Assembly: GCA_964016885.1 (NCBI GenBank)
Contig: OZ024741.1
Coordinates: forward strand, 325,438,001 to 325,502,000
Origin: Eledone cirrhosa
Taxonomy: Eukaryota
Length of the DNA stretch: 64,000 nt
Reading direction: 5' to 3'
The first letter of the stretch is position 1, and each line of letters opens with the position of its first letter. Positions 12,362-25,949 of the stretch are shown here, one piece after another. The notes under the pieces were generated by a model. That model saw only the letters and a program-made list of their open reading frames with translations, was not told the origin of the DNA and searched no databases. The translations under genes were made by a program, and so were the position numbers.

Positions 12362-13860
12362 GTAAAGAGACAAGAAGCATTAACGACCAGAACCATCCAA
12401 AACTCAGAAGAATAGGGAATTTATATCTATGAAAGCTTAGGAAAGATATCAAGGAAAAGCATGCTAAAGCTAAAAGTGTGCAGTTACAAATATAGACTAC
12501 GTTGAAAGTACAGTATAATACAAATACATGAAACACAACATGGTAATATAATGTGAGAATTACAATATGATATAGAATACAATATAATGGATAATAAGGA
12601 ATAAAAAGCTTAATATATGTATATATATATATATATCCATATATATACACATTTACACAAACACATACTAACACTTATTAAGTATTTAAATATAAATATA
12701 CTCGTTATAATATTAAAAAACCTTTATAATAGAATAAAATAATCACCCTGATGTTGTGCATAGACAATACAGAAAACAATAGAATAATATACAAAACTAC
12801 ATCATACATATTATTTAAGGTCAATAAATTGTATATAAAGTTTTTCACAGGGCAAGAAAAAATATCATACAAAACTAAAGTATTTTGAAAAAATATATAT
12901 AAATACATAAAGTATTGACAATAAACACATAGAGGTATAGGCAGTTTACATTCATAAAATATTACAAAATATTACAAAACAGTACCTCAAATATCTGACA
13001 TATATTAATATCTATAATACAATTACATAAAAATAATATGATATATCAATGTTAATATTATAATAGGAGACAGACAGAGTCAATGGAAAATGCTTAAGAC
13101 ATATTTACGCGATTGATATAGGGAGACATATTATGATACAATAACATATGATAGAAAGACAGACAGCATGTGGTATTAAAAAAATAAATTAAATAAAACG
13201 AAGAACAAAAACAAAAACAAGCACAGTTACGTAGGTATTAGAAGTCGTTAGGTAAATATAGATGATATTATTATTCTAAACCAAAGAATTGAATAGAAAA
13301 CCTTATTAAATTAATTAATATTAAAATTACTTAAAAGACATTATTGGTCACTTCAAATGGAATAAAGTTTAAGTCATCAAAGTCGTATAAAATTAGGATA
13401 TTTCAATAAAAACTATCAAGATATAATACGATCCGTTCAGACGAATTACGTTATCAAAGAAAAAACTCTAAATAAAACTATGGTAGACCAATGGGAACAG
13501 AAAGAAGTGAAACTATGGAGGATAGGAAGGAGCATAAAAGTAAAATTTATATATAATATAATATAATAAAAAGGAGCATAAAAGTAAAATTTATATATAA
13601 TAAATAAAAAGGGGCGAATATTAAGTGTGGAAAGGAGGAGGTTCATTAGTTTTAGAAGTAGGAGACTCAAAATTAAACTATTCAATAAGATACAAACTTA
13701 TAAGGCGATAATAGTGAGTAAAAATGTAATAATGTTTAAGATGATAGATAGGGTAAGGTAGCTAATAAGACTATGAAAACTAAAATCGAAAAACCGTAGA
13801 AACCTAATAATAATGGTAATAGTAATGAACTAAAACCTAAGATATAAGGAAATATAGCAG

Positions 13861-15045
13861 CTAATGGATACGGTTTAAACTACCAGAACTTTTAGGTCTA
13901 TAATAGAAGAAAGAATTAGAAATGGCATGCGGACAGGAAGAAAATATTTCAGATTTTCTATTAAGCAATATGTTCCTAGAGAAAATTATAGAGTGGGTAT
14001 CTAGGATACAAAGATTACAGAATTTAGTGTGTGTTATAGGTGATTAGAGTGTGCTACTATTCGCCAATTTAGGCTATATGGTATACATGCCCCTTTTAAA
14101 TCCCAGATATGGTGTGCCAAAGAAGTAGAGTTCTTAAACTTGATATGCTTAAAATTAGAAATATGTGAATTAAACCTAGTTTTAAAAGTATTAGATGTGG
14201 AGCCTATATATGTGCTACAAGAAGAATTAGTCTTAACTTCACATTCATAAACAATGTTCATAGAGAGGCAGTGACCATTTAAAGGGCAGTTATTACTTAA
14301 TCTACAGTTACATTTCCGGGTACTAGTGACTCCCTGATTACGCGATGCATTATTCCTAGGGTTACTATAAGATAAGATCTGCTCGGGTGATAAGTTATTA
14401 ATAGAGCTATCTAGATTAGTAGTACGCAAAGAGGAGTAGCTGTCCCTAATTTTCCTATTGTTAGTGCTAGCTAGATGAGAATTAATGTTAGGGGTGGTAG
14501 AGAAGGAGAGTTTAATTACATTCTTATTAAAGATACCATGATATTTATTAGTAGGAGGGAAATTTTTCTCTAAAATAGAAAAGAAAGACCTAGGGATATT
14601 AGTTAATACTTCATGATCATAAGGTGGGTTAAAGTAAGTATTGAGTCTCCTCCTATTCTTACCTTTACTATCTCTACCGTTATCTGGTATCTTATTAATA
14701 GGATCAGGGTTAATACGAGGACCAGTTGAAATAACACTATTAGAAGCAGTTAAAACATTACCACTGGGTGAACGTTCAGAGCGCCTATCCTGTTCATTAG
14801 AACTAATCTCGAAATGCGTACCATTAGACTCACTATTACGATTACTATTTCGGTAGCTAAACTTAGGGTTCGGTTTGGATATATCTATAAGATTTCTATG
14901 ATTCCTATATTTTCTACTCTTATTCAAGGCCATATTATGGGATATTACGTTATTATGGGTAATCGGAGTCATTCCAAGGTTGTCCTCCTTATAATGTATT
15001 CTACCAGAGTAACCAGAGTTAGCTAGGGCATTATTATAATACTCA
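13861..15045 (-). pseudogene. PLE RT-thumb end, linker and GIY-YIG endonuclease (frameshifted)
   Basis: YNNALANSGY; FNPPY; CNCRLSNNCPL (CxCX5C); IVYEC...YIGST..FKTRFNSH; then CNLC...LLNRKSEIFSSCPH after a frameshift near 14034. Confidence 0.88.
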
Positions 15046-15375
15046 GCATGCGAATTAAAGATTCCTATATCCTTAGAGAGTGTGGAGATTCTATTAGATA
15101 CACCATTAATTATAGAACTATATATTGTATTCTATATAATATTGTAATTCTCACATTATACTACCATGTGTTTCATGTATTTGTATTATACTGTACTTTC
15201 AACGTAGGTTTGATATGTTACTCGCTTTCTTGCCCTATAGTCTATATTTGTAACTGCACACTTTTAGCTTTAGCATGCTTTTCCTTGATATCTTTCCTAA
15301 GCTTTCATAGATATAAATTCCCTATTCTTCTGAGTTTGGGCTTGTTCTGGCCGTTAATGCTTCTTGTCTCTTTAC

Positions 15376-15420
15376 TTGCCCTGATGAGTCCTTATTAATG
15401 GGACGAAACATTGTTGACTA
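15376..15420 (+). ncRNA. Hammerhead ribozyme, inverted pLTR copy
   Basis: ctgatgagtccttattaatgggacgaaacattgtt; one stem I mismatch relative to the 12317 copy. Confidence 0.72.
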
Positions 15421-15461
15421 ATAAAGACTTTTGATGTATTGAAAGCCTCTTTGTTTATTTT

Positions 15462-15514
<53 letters not shown>

Positions 15515-15568
15515 TTATAAAGTTACATATGTATACACACAAAATATGTAAATGATATATAACATATG

Positions 15569-15642
<74 letters not shown>

Positions 15643-15716
15643 TATATTATATCATATTAAACTCCCTACTAAAAGACTAATTCTATTTAGTCAAATACGG
15701 CATAAGCACATGTTAC

Positions 15717-15779
<63 letters not shown>

Positions 15780-15817
15780 ATTAAATAAATGGAAAACTAT
15801 ATTTATAAAACCATATT

Positions 15818-15883
15818 TATTTCATTATATATATTTCGGGGATATCATATTAACAATATGCTATGCCTTCATCAGACAAAATA
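15818..15883 (-). ncRNA. Type I hammerhead ribozyme (inverted copy of 20136-20201)
   Basis: Reverse complement matches the 20136 motif. Confidence 0.75.
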
Positions 15884-16258
15884 CAATATAAACAGTTTTA
15901 TAGATAAATATATTCGACATACCGTAATAAACATCAACTTCATTTGAAGAGGTTCACTCTAGCAGTGAAAATACAGAGAGAAAGAAAGAGAGAGAGAAAA
16001 GAGGGAAATAGGAAAGAAAGAAAGACAAAACGAAGAAAAGGAAGAAAAAGAAGAAAAAGAAAAAGAAGAAATGCATGGGACAAAATAGAGAGATGGAAAA
16101 ATAGATAAAGCGAAGAGCTTCATGTAAAGAGACAGAAAGATATATATATATATATATATAAAGAGAGAGAGGAAGTAGAGATAGATACATATATAAATAT
16201 AGATATAGAAAAATTAGGTAGTGGGAGGTCATTTTGAGTAAGTGTATCAATGATGCAT

Positions 16259-16297
<39 letters not shown>

Positions 16298-16974
16298 GCT
16301 CAAGTATTAATGTAAGGGAGATATATAGAGAGATATAGAGAGATATAGAGAGAGAAAAAATTTAAAATTTAAAAATAGCCAGACATATTCGAGGCGTAGA
16401 GAACCCTATGTTTTAATGTATTAGTATTTATAAAACTTACACTATATTGTAAATATCAGTATTCCTGAATGAAACAAGTATTCACAATGCGTGAAAATTC
16501 ATTATCTTATGTTTAGTTTTTTAAAAAATTCATATGTCTATGTGAATCCAACTGATTCACTCCGCAAATTCAAAGTTACCGGAAAACATTCTCAATGTGG
16601 TATAAAAATTTGAGCGTATTATTATTCTTGCGATTACTCTACAAGATTATCTATCAAGCAGAAATAGAGAGCAGATTTCAATATACTAATCGAAAATATA
16701 TATTATATTATAAGCAGAGATAACAATAATAATGATAATAAGTAAAAATATATAAAAAAATATATAAAAATATAAAAATATAGAATGGAAAACTAAAAAA
16801 GAATATTACGAAAGAATATTACATAATAAAAATATTGCATATTAAAAATACTACGTATTAAAAATATTACGTATTAAAACTTTACATATAAAAATATACA
16901 TATAAAAATATTAAAAATAAAAATAAAATAAAATAAAAAATAAAAATATTATAGAATACTACAATACTAAAAGA

Positions 16975-17190
16975 ATAAAAATAAAAATAAAAATAAAAAT
17001 AAAAATAAAAATAAAAATAAAAATAAAAATAAAAATAAAAATAAAAATAAAAATAAAAATAAAAATAAAAATAAAAATAAAAATAAAAATAAAAATAAAA
17101 ATAAAAATAAAAATAAAAATAAAAATAAAAATAAAAATAAAAATAAAAATAAAAATAAAAATAAAAATAAAAATAAAAATAAAAATAAAA
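16975..17190. repeat. (TAAAAA)n tract in the PLE-B left arm
   Basis: Read directly; much shorter in the right arm (about 18983-19040). Confidence 0.95.
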
Positions 17191-17597
17191 ATGAAAATAA
17201 AAATAAACCACAAAGAACAACCCTTCAAAGTTAATTGACAATATATTGCCAAGTTCACTACAAGACAAAGCCAAAAATTATCTATCAAATCACATCTAGC
17301 AAGGAATATCGCAAAAAAAAGATTATGATGTCCAATAATGTCTACATATGTTCCTATATTTAATATATAAGTTTATCAAGTGTAAGGTTAATTCAAAAAA
17401 TTTGGAGCATCGGCTTTTAGGGTAGCTTAATTTTTCATGATGAATGTTTAGATAAAAATAAAAAAAAAAAAATAAAAATAAAAATAAATAAAATAAAATA
17501 AATAATAAAAAGAGTAAAAAGAGGGAATCAAAGATTTAGGAATCAAAAGATTTATCGGCTAGTTCTCATATAAATATAAATCAAACTAAATATACTA

Positions 17598-18490
17598 CAT
17601 TTTAAATTTAAATTTATATTTAAACGTTGAGTTTAATCTATGTTTGCAACAACTGAATAAATTTGTCCGTAGGTTAAGGGAATTTTTAGATTTTAGTATA
17701 AAGAATATCTCCTCTGCGCAGAGGTCACATGTCTCAGAGGATGAATTAAAAGGAATCCCTCTTGAGACTATATTCCAAGCCGTCGAATATCTAACGTTAT
17801 CTAGCTTAAGTTGCCAGAGTACACCTGATAGTGCCGTTGAAGATTTTTTATTTGGATCTGTGAAAGAATTCTTGTGGTTATTATAGCGAAGTTTAAATTC
17901 CGTCGATGTGGAACCGACGTAGTTAAAAGAATTAGAGTCAGTATTAACATTACAATTGTATACTATATTTTTAACTAAGCAGTTGTTATTTAACGGACAT
18001 TTAGATCTATCTCTACAGTTACATTTGTTAACTTGTATATTATTTATGCTATTATCAGTAGGTTTTAAGTTCCTATTATTTATTCTATTAATATTTTCTG
18101 CTAAATTTTTGGTGGATGAGTAGGTTAATTTAATTGTATGCCTATTGAAGATTGAGTGGTACCTATGTGTTCTAGGGAAGCGATTATCAAGAGCTTTGAA
18201 AAATAATTTAGCGATGTGGGTTTTAATGTTTAGTGAGAAAGGGGGGGGGGGGCAAACCAAATTATGTTCCTAGTTCTATTTCTTTTTTGTCCTTTGGAAT
18301 TATTGTAATGCTTTCTATTATAGTTGTTAATGTTGTTGCCGTCATTAAAAAAGTTGTTACTTTGTTTAGTTTGTTTATCATTATCTATGTACACAATCTT
18401 ATCAGCATACCCTGCCCTAGCTAGTGCATCATTATAGTATTGGGCCTTTTCGTCAAAAATCTTTCTATTCGACGAGATCCTAGAGATACG
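17598..18490 (-). pseudogene. PLE RT-thumb end plus GIY-YIG endonuclease
   Basis: YYNDALARAGY; PPFSLNIKT; CNCRDRSKCPL; IVYNC...YVGST..FKLRYNNH; CDLCAEE...LNLRTNLFSCCKH. Frameshift at the poly-G run near 18241. Confidence 0.9.
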
Positions 18491-19718
18491 TTTCTTCCCT
18501 TAACCTACGGACAAATTTATTCAGTTGTTGCAAACATAGATTAAACTCAACGTTTAAATATAAATTTAAATTTAAAATGTAGTATATTTAGTTTGATTTA
18601 TATTTATATGAGAACTAGCCGATAAATCTTTTGATTCCTAAATCTTTGATTCCCTCTTTTTACTCTTTTTATTGTTTATTTTATTTTATTTATTTTTATT
18701 TTTATTTTTATTTTTATTTTTATCTAAACATTCATCATGAAAAATTAAGCTACCCTAAAAGCCGATGCTCCAAATTTTTTGAATTAACCTTACACTTGAT
18801 AAACTTATATATTAAATATAGGAACATATGTAGACATTATTGGACATCATAATCTTTTTTTTGCGATATTCCTTGCTAGATGTGATTTGATAGATAATTT
18901 TTGGCTTTGTCTTGTAGTGAACTTGGCAATATATTGTCAATTAACTTTGAAGGGTTGTTCTTTGTGGTTTATTTTTATTTTCATTTTTATTTTTATTTTT
19001 ATTTTTTTTATTTTTATTTTTATTTTTATTTTTATTTTTATTCTTTTAGTATTGTAGTATTCTATAATATTTTTATTTTTTATTTTATTTTATTTTTATT
19101 TTTAATATTTTTATATGTATATTTTTATATGTAAAGTTTTAATACGTAATATTTTTAATACGTAGTATTTTTAATATGCAATATTTTTATTATGTAATAT
19201 TCTTTCGTAATATTCTTTTTTAGTTTTCCATTCTATATTTTTATATTTTTATATATTTTTTTATATATTTTTACTTATTATCATTATTATTGTTATCTCT
19301 GCTTATAATATAATATATATTTTCGATTAGTATATTGAAATCTGCTCTCTATTTCTGCTTGATAGATAATCTTGTAGAGTAATCGCAAGAATAATAATAC
19401 GCTCAAATTTTTATACCACATTGAGAATGTTTTCCGGTAACTTTGAATTTGCGGAGTGAATCAGTTGGATTCACATAGACATATGAATTTTTAAAAAAAC
19501 TAAACATAAGATAATGAATTTTCACGCATTGTGAATACTTGTTTCATTCAGGAATACTGATATTTACAATATAGTGTAAGTTTTATAAATACTAATACAT
19601 TAAAACATAGGGTTCTCTACGCCTCGAATATGTCTGGCTATTTTTAAATTTTAAATTTTTTCTCTCTCTATATCTCTCTATATCTCTCTATATATCTCCC
19701 TTACATTAATACTTGAGC

Positions 19719-19761
<43 letters not shown>

Positions 19762-19848
19762 ATGCATCATTGATACACTTACTCAAAATGACCTCCCACT
19801 ACCTAATTTTTCTATATCTATATTTATATATGTATCTATCTCTACTTC

Positions 19849-19880
<32 letters not shown>

Positions 19881-20135
19881 CTTTCTGTCTCTTTACATGA
19901 AGCTCTTCGCTTTATCTATTTTTCCATCTCTCTATTTGTCCCATGCATTTCTTCTTTTTCTTTTTCTTCTTTTTCTTCCTTTTCTTCGTTTTGTCTTTCT
20001 TTCTTTCCTATTTCCCTCTTTTCTCTCTCTCTTTCTTTCTCTCTGTATTTTCACTGCTAGAGTGAACCTCTTCAAATGAAGTTGATGTTTATTACGGTAT
20101 GTCGAATATATTTATCTATAAAACTGTTTATATTG

Positions 20136-20201
20136 TATTTTGTCTGATGAAGGCATAGCATATTGTTAATATGATATCCCCGAAATATATATAATGAAAT
20201 A
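20136..20201 (+). ncRNA. Type I hammerhead ribozyme
   Basis: Stem I uauuuugu/augaaaua; CUGAUGA; stem II containing cauauu-guu-aauaug; GAAA-uauaua-UA with palindromic helix III; AAUAAA overlaps the end. Confidence 0.78.
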
Positions 20202-20329
20202 AATATGGTTTTATAAATATAGTTTTCCATTTATTTAATATTGTAAATATACTCCAAGTATTTGTCGAGTGCTTTTATATCAGTTATAAATATTTACTAG
20301 TTGTAACCCAACAATTTTAAATATAACTT

Positions 20330-20380
<51 letters not shown>

Positions 20381-20384
<4 letters not shown>

Positions 20385-20714
20385 AAAAAAGATGAAATCG
20401 AAAATGCAACTGGAGTCTTTTTAAGAATATTTATTTGGTTCCTTTACAGGTTTCGCAGTTCTTATGCCTTTCAAAAGTAAAATTGAGACGGAGAGTTTGT
20501 GGTTTTTCTCGCAGATTCGAAAAAACCCATAAACTCCCCATCTCAATTCTACTTTTGAAAAGCATAAGAACTGCGAAACCGGTAAAGGAACCAAATAAAT
20601 ATTCTTAAAAAGACTCCAGTTGCATTTTGTCGATTTCATCTTTTTTCCTTATACTTTCACTCGTGTAGGACATCTCGTTTTTTTCATTTTGGAAAAAAAA
20701 CGCTCATTTTCTAA
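20381..20714 (+). mobile_element. Fold-back PLE terminal remnant (family C) in (TA)n
   Basis: ~130-bp inverted arms around cagatt (about 20511-20516), then a ~65-bp tail. A second fragment is at 34866-34960. Confidence 0.8.
20547..20590 (+). ncRNA. Hammerhead-like motif with U3-A8 core variant
   Basis: cuu-UUGAAAA-GCA-uaagaac-UGC-GAAAC-cg-GUA-aag. Confidence 0.65.
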
Positions 20715-20725
20715 TATATATATAT

Positions 20726-20909
20726 GAAAAAGTATGACCCCCGACGGCAGAGGTCAAGCCGTTTCGACGGCTATTCCAGAAATAGCCGTCGAAACGGCTT
20801 GAGCTCTGCCGTCGGGGTCATACTTTTTCCTATTTCCCACTCTACTACCCTAAGTATTGAGTACTCTGGTGCGTTATGGTCCATCTGGTTCCTTACCACA
20901 ATTCCTTTG

Positions 20910-20910
<1 letters not shown>
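20726..20910 (+). mobile_element. Fold-back PLE terminal remnant (family D) in (TA)n
   Basis: ~50-bp arms (20726-20829) plus an ~80-bp tail. A deleted copy is at 32548-32634. Confidence 0.75.
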
Positions 20911-20967
<57 letters not shown>

Positions 20968-21474
20968 GAATGTGAACCTCGAACTTTCGACCTTACGAAG
21001 CGTTGCTGAGAGAATATAAAGCTCGGAGAAAAAAACAGTTGGTTGCTTTAAATACCGCAACCATGGTAAATAGCTTTGTCGTCCACCCGTCCGTCTAATT
21101 CTGTTGTAAAGAGAAGCAGACGTTATTGTACAGCAGCTAATGAGTGTTTCATTTGATTGAGGAGCTGATGTCAGCTCTCCTGTGTTATAACACGTAACAA
21201 CAAAGATGGGTTGATCATCAAAGTACAAATTATTGATCTGCGATGACTAAATAGCCATATTATAATATGATTGCGCAAGTGTTGATAATTCACATTCAGT
21301 AACTTCTAAGTACGTCAGCTGTTTGGTAGGATACTGTGTCATTTAAAAAGAAGTTTATATCCCTCTCCCAAACCGTTATATATATACATACACACACACA
21401 CATACACACGCACACACACATACATATATATATATTTATGTATGTGTGTGTGCGTGCATGTATGCGTGTGCGTG

Positions 21475-21524
<50 letters not shown>

Positions 21525-21569
21525 GCTAAGGGTGTACTTATATGTAGTTATAATATATTCTATAATTGT

Positions 21570-21955
21570 ATTATTATTATTATTGGAGTCTCAGTCATTG
21601 CTGTTATTTAACTGGAAAGTGTGTTCAATGGAAATCAAGTTGCTACTTGCAGCCTCAGATATTCAGGACGTATCGAAGAGTTCTTGCTGTTCCCAGCAAG
21701 CATGCCTTTTGAAGTGTTCCAAAAAAGGGGGCTGGACTAATGTTCTTTAACCATCCTTGAAAACTCTTTAAGATAGCACCTAGTCTCCTATGACAATAGA
21801 GACGACCTTGATCTCATGACAGTCCCAAATCCTTTTTATCTCCCACTTTAAATCCTGGTATCGGTTAATTTTCTCCTCCTTTTCTTGCACTCTTGTGTCA
21901 AAGGGGTAGGCCTCATCTACAATCAGGCAATATCTATTTTTCTTGTAAATATTAT
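21570..21955 (-). mobile_element. R4/Dong-like non-LTR retrotransposon 3' end with (TAA)n tail
   Basis: Minus strand encodes CLIVDEAYPFD..EKINRYQDL.WEIKRIW..IVIG and LQKACLLGTARTLR (restriction-like endonuclease C-terminus), ending aataataataata. Confidence 0.78.
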
Positions 21956-21957
21956 TG

Positions 21958-22360
21958 AGGGCGGAGGATTATCAGAGTCGTTAGAGAGTCAGAAAAAATT
22001 ATCAGTATGTGTTCTGGCTTTATAAGTTCTGAGTTCAAATCCTGCCGAAGATAGCTTTGCCTTTCATTCTTAAGAGGTCGAACGCACTGAGATCGATTTA
22101 ATCATCGACTTTCTCCTTCCCTTTAAATTGTTGGCCTTGTGCTTACATCAGAAACTATTATTATATAAAGGGCGGTAGATTGGCAGTATCGGTAGATGGT
22201 CTGACGCCATGCTTTGAAGCAAAGAGTTACGGCCCTTTATGGTCTCAGTTCAAATCCCGCCGAGGATAACTTTGCCTTTCATCCTTGCGGGATCGATAAA
22301 ATAAAGTACCAGTAATACACTGGGATAATTGCTGACCTTGTGCCAAAAGTAGAAACAATT
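21958..22360 (+). mobile_element. Two adjacent family A SINEs
   Basis: ggcgg..gatt...gttcaaatcc.gccga.gat..ctttgcctttcat occurs twice. Confidence 0.8.
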
Positions 22361-22409
22361 ATATAAATGTATTTTTATGGTGTAAAACAGAAAAAAGAAG
22401 ATACATAAA

Positions 22410-23400
22410 GCAACAACAAAAGTAGTTAATGAGGAGGTCACCAAATATGTGACGAAATATGGTGTTCTGGCAGTCCATCCGCCGACTTCGTAACAAGAAG
22501 TCCTCCTCCACACCTGCTATCAGGAACGCGTCAGGGGTTCACCCCTCTCCAGAAAGGTGCATTATTGCTAGGTGGATAGAATACTTTACTGATCCCCTAA
22601 ACACAACAGCATCTTCTGATATACACGAAGTGCATCTGGGAGCGGTGACTAATCTCGCGGTGGCTGAGGAACAATTAAAGAGTTCACCTATGGCAAGATC
22701 GTTTGGGGAAGATAAAATCTGACCCGAGATGTTAAAAGCTTTAAATAAAGAAGGTATTCTCTGTCTGATTCGTGTGAACCAGGTGGACTGGATCTCTGGA
22801 AAGGCACCTAAACAATGGCAATCGGGAGTGATAATCACTAATTTTCAAAAAGGGAGACAAGAGAGATTATCCCAATTACAGAGGAATTTCCTTGTTAAGC
22901 CTCCACAGTAAAATCTATGCTAAATGTCTGGCAAAGAGACGCAGGGAGACTGTCGATGAACAGTGTGGTTTTCGCCCCGGACGCAGCACACCCGACTAAA
23001 TATTCACACTGCGGCAGGTCTTCGAAAAATCGTAGAAGTATTGCCAAGGGGTATATTCTTGTTTTGTATACTTCGAAAAGGCTATGACCGCGTTCCACGG
23101 GACCTGTTGTATAAGGTTGTGCAGGAGTATGGGATCGATAGTCAGTTTTTTGCTGCCCTGATGTCCCTATACGAATGCTCTAAATACTCGAGCATTCGTA
23201 TAGGTGTTCGGATAAATGGTACTAAATCGAAACCATTCAACGTGGGAGTCGGTCTCCGCCAAGGGTGTGTATTGTCACCTCTCCTATTCATTACTGTTAT
23301 GAACAGGATTGACATGCGCAGCCGAGTAGGAAGTGGTATAATGATTGGTGGGTGTAAAATCAGCTGGAATTTGTAGACGACATGGTGTTACTTAACTCAA
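22410..23400 (+). pseudogene. Degenerate RTE-like LINE RT fragment
   Basis: W.SGKAPKQWQSGVI, KGYDRVPR and GVGLRQGCVLSPLLF with frameshifts; same family as 35485-36460. Confidence 0.85.
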
Positions 23401-24865
23401 ATTTCTCCTACCCTTCAGATTGCTGGCCTTGTACCAAATGGAGAAACAATCATTATATATCATGTATTATATAATCGAAGGCTGTACAGCGTCAAGATAA
23501 AATAGGTCGCTGTTTCCTCATATTTCTCAACCTATCCACTCATCAATCAACCCACTCAGCCATTCATTCATCCAGCCACCCTTCTATCCAGCCATCCACC
23601 CATCCATCCACCCAGCCCCTCATCCATCCTTCAACCCAACTATCCATCCACTCAGCCATTCAGCCACCCATCCACCTTCCCACCCAGTCACCCAGTCACC
23701 CAACCATCCTTCTATCTTTGTTCAATAATAATAAAATAAAATCATTACCAGACATGTGTGTTAGAGTCGCTTCAATCAACTAGAGACATCTTTCACAAAT
23801 CTGTGGTCTTTTGTCAGTGTGAGAAATTATGTTATTGTAATTCTCATTAACGGAATCCATTTTCTTTGGTTTTCATTCAATATTTGTAAAAATAAATAAA
23901 TAAATAAATAAACAACAGTATAATCTCTCTGCTTTAATGCATTGACCGTTGGGAAAGGTCCAGTGGAGTGTAAAGAGCTCAGTATAATGTATCTTAAGTG
24001 ATTACACATATAAACACATTTGCCTCGGAGTAGTGGATTTTACTAGTGAAATATCTGTGGATAGAGACGCCTGTTCAAAATTAAAACGTTCATTCTCTTA
24101 AAGATAGGGTATGGCTCATAAAATTCATCAATTAATTTTCTTAATCAATGAATTAGTTAGTTCAAAAGATGACACACGTTTCGTTCTATGGGAATGGGGA
24201 AAAAAGTTAAAGTTAAACCTACAGAGGATTTCAGCTGAGAACATAGCGTGTCTCAACAAGTAATAATGAAATGAAGCGTTTCCATAAATTTTCATTCTGA
24301 CTAGGCTTAAATGTATATCAAAGTTTCTAAAGCGTCCTTGGGTCTGTTGAGAGGAAGGTTCTATAACTGGACAGTTCCTCATCAAGGCGCGATCTCGGCA
24401 AGGTATATCTTTTGTGGAAGACAAGTAGTTGCCCACGCATGGAATTCTCTTCTTTCCACGTTACCGATGTTGTTCAAGAGAAAGGCAAATGCCGTTACAG
24501 CTTAGCACAAGTATGATATCGCAAGCGAGCCCAGAATGCAAAGAGTTGAAAAGAGGTATCACAAGGTATCATATCCGAAGGTCTAACAACTCCGCCAACC
24601 AGCCATCGTAGACTGGTATTTAATTTATCGACACCAACATGTTGATAGTCAAAGTTGACCTCAATAGGATTTAAATAAATATGGCAATGCCTTTAATCCG
24701 ATGCTTTAACGAATCTGCCATGTTTAGCAAGTATAGAAATGTGTCTTTAAAGACGCAAAGAAAGTGACTTCAACCAGAGATTGAAACCATATCGAAGGTT
24801 TATCTTACTTTGCAATAAACTTACATCTCGATATACGTTACTACTGTATTGTTTTCATATGTACT

Positions 24866-24990
24866 GGTATGGCTGTGTGGTTAAGAAGTTCGCTTCCCAG
24901 CCATATGGTTCCCGATTGAGTCCCATTGTGTGGCACCCTGAGCAAGTATCTTCCACTATATCCTTGGGTTGGACAATGCCTGTGAGGTAA
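24866..24990 (+). mobile_element. tRNA-derived SINE head fragment
   Basis: A-box-like tggctgtgtggttaagaagttcgcttccc and ctgagcaagtatcttc. Confidence 0.55.
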
Positions 24991-25554
24991 ATTCAGCAAC
25001 AGCAGTAGCAATAGTAGTAGTTGCTGCTGGTTTTCTTAAACTTCACGTTAACCTTGATTTAACAGACCTGAGTTTAACACTTCCATTAGCATATTTCTAA
25101 TGAAAAACACAATTGAGTTTGAAAATAAGCAAGGTCTAAGGATTGACTAATATAACTAACTTTCTCATTATTAAGATGGTGCTTGGTGTATATCGTAATA
25201 GTGAGTCTTACATAAAATTATGTGTAGCAAAACCGTGCTTTGTTATTCTTTTACGAAACTAACACTGCACTTTTTGTATTATAAGCATTTGACCATTTCC
25301 GCTAAGCGATAATAACAGACCACGCTGAGAAAAACTCTTTCCCTTAATTGTGAGGGAGGCGAAAGTCAATTAAATCGATTACAGTGCGTTAATGGATGAA
25401 GCTCCCCAGGATTTACGGTAACATATAATAATATTTCGTCACATGGATTCATTTCAGTCGAAACACATGATATACGCACACACATGCACAGACACACACA
25501 CACATACACACACGCACATATATATATATATATATAAATATATATATAATAGTA

Positions 25555-25775
25555 ATAATAATAAATTTGAAGACTAAAATCCAAAGAGGGCTCGATAAGG
25601 ATAAATATATATCAAATATATAAGAACCGTAGAGCAAATATTTATTAAAATAACAGATTAAAGTTTAAGCAAAGAATCGCTGCTTTCACCCTTAACGGGA
25701 TCTTCAGAAGATCCCGTTAAGGGTGAAAGCAGCGATTCTTTGCTTAAACTTTAATCTGTTATTTTAATAAATATA
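25555..25775 (-). mobile_element. Fold-back PLE terminal remnant (family E) in (TA)n
   Basis: Perfect ~65-bp palindrome arms centred near 25706, with hammerhead-like c(t/a)gaaga-tccc-gttaa-gggt-gaaa, and a left-side tail. Also at 56474-56765 and 26341-26385. Confidence 0.78.
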
Positions 25776-25949
25776 TATATATATGTATATTATGTGACTG
25801 TGTGTATCTATGTTTGTGACAGAGAAAAAATAAAAATGTGATGAGACGAGACAAAGACGCACACGCGCGCACACACACACATACACATATATATCTATGT
25901 ATGTATCTATGTATGTATGTATATAGTTTTACCGAAAAATAAATAAATA

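Larger units (their letters stand above)
15775..20335. mobile_element. PLE-B: Penelope-like element with ~1.8-kb inverted arms (15775-17682 / 18495-20244) and tail 20245-20335
   Basis: Near-identical inverted arms around a GIY-YIG remnant, a hammerhead in each arm, and (TA)n on both sides. Confidence 0.9.

Noticed and set aside
12339-12674. Duplicated hydrophobic ORF (also 15048-15398)
   Set aside because: Chance ORF in the T-rich pLTR, overlapping the hammerhead.
16882-17288. FY/IF-repeat membrane-like ORFs
   Set aside because: Translation of (TAAAAA)n.
24250-24500. CR1/L2-like 3' end (VVAHAWNSL)
   Set aside because: A single short motif; too weak to call without a search.
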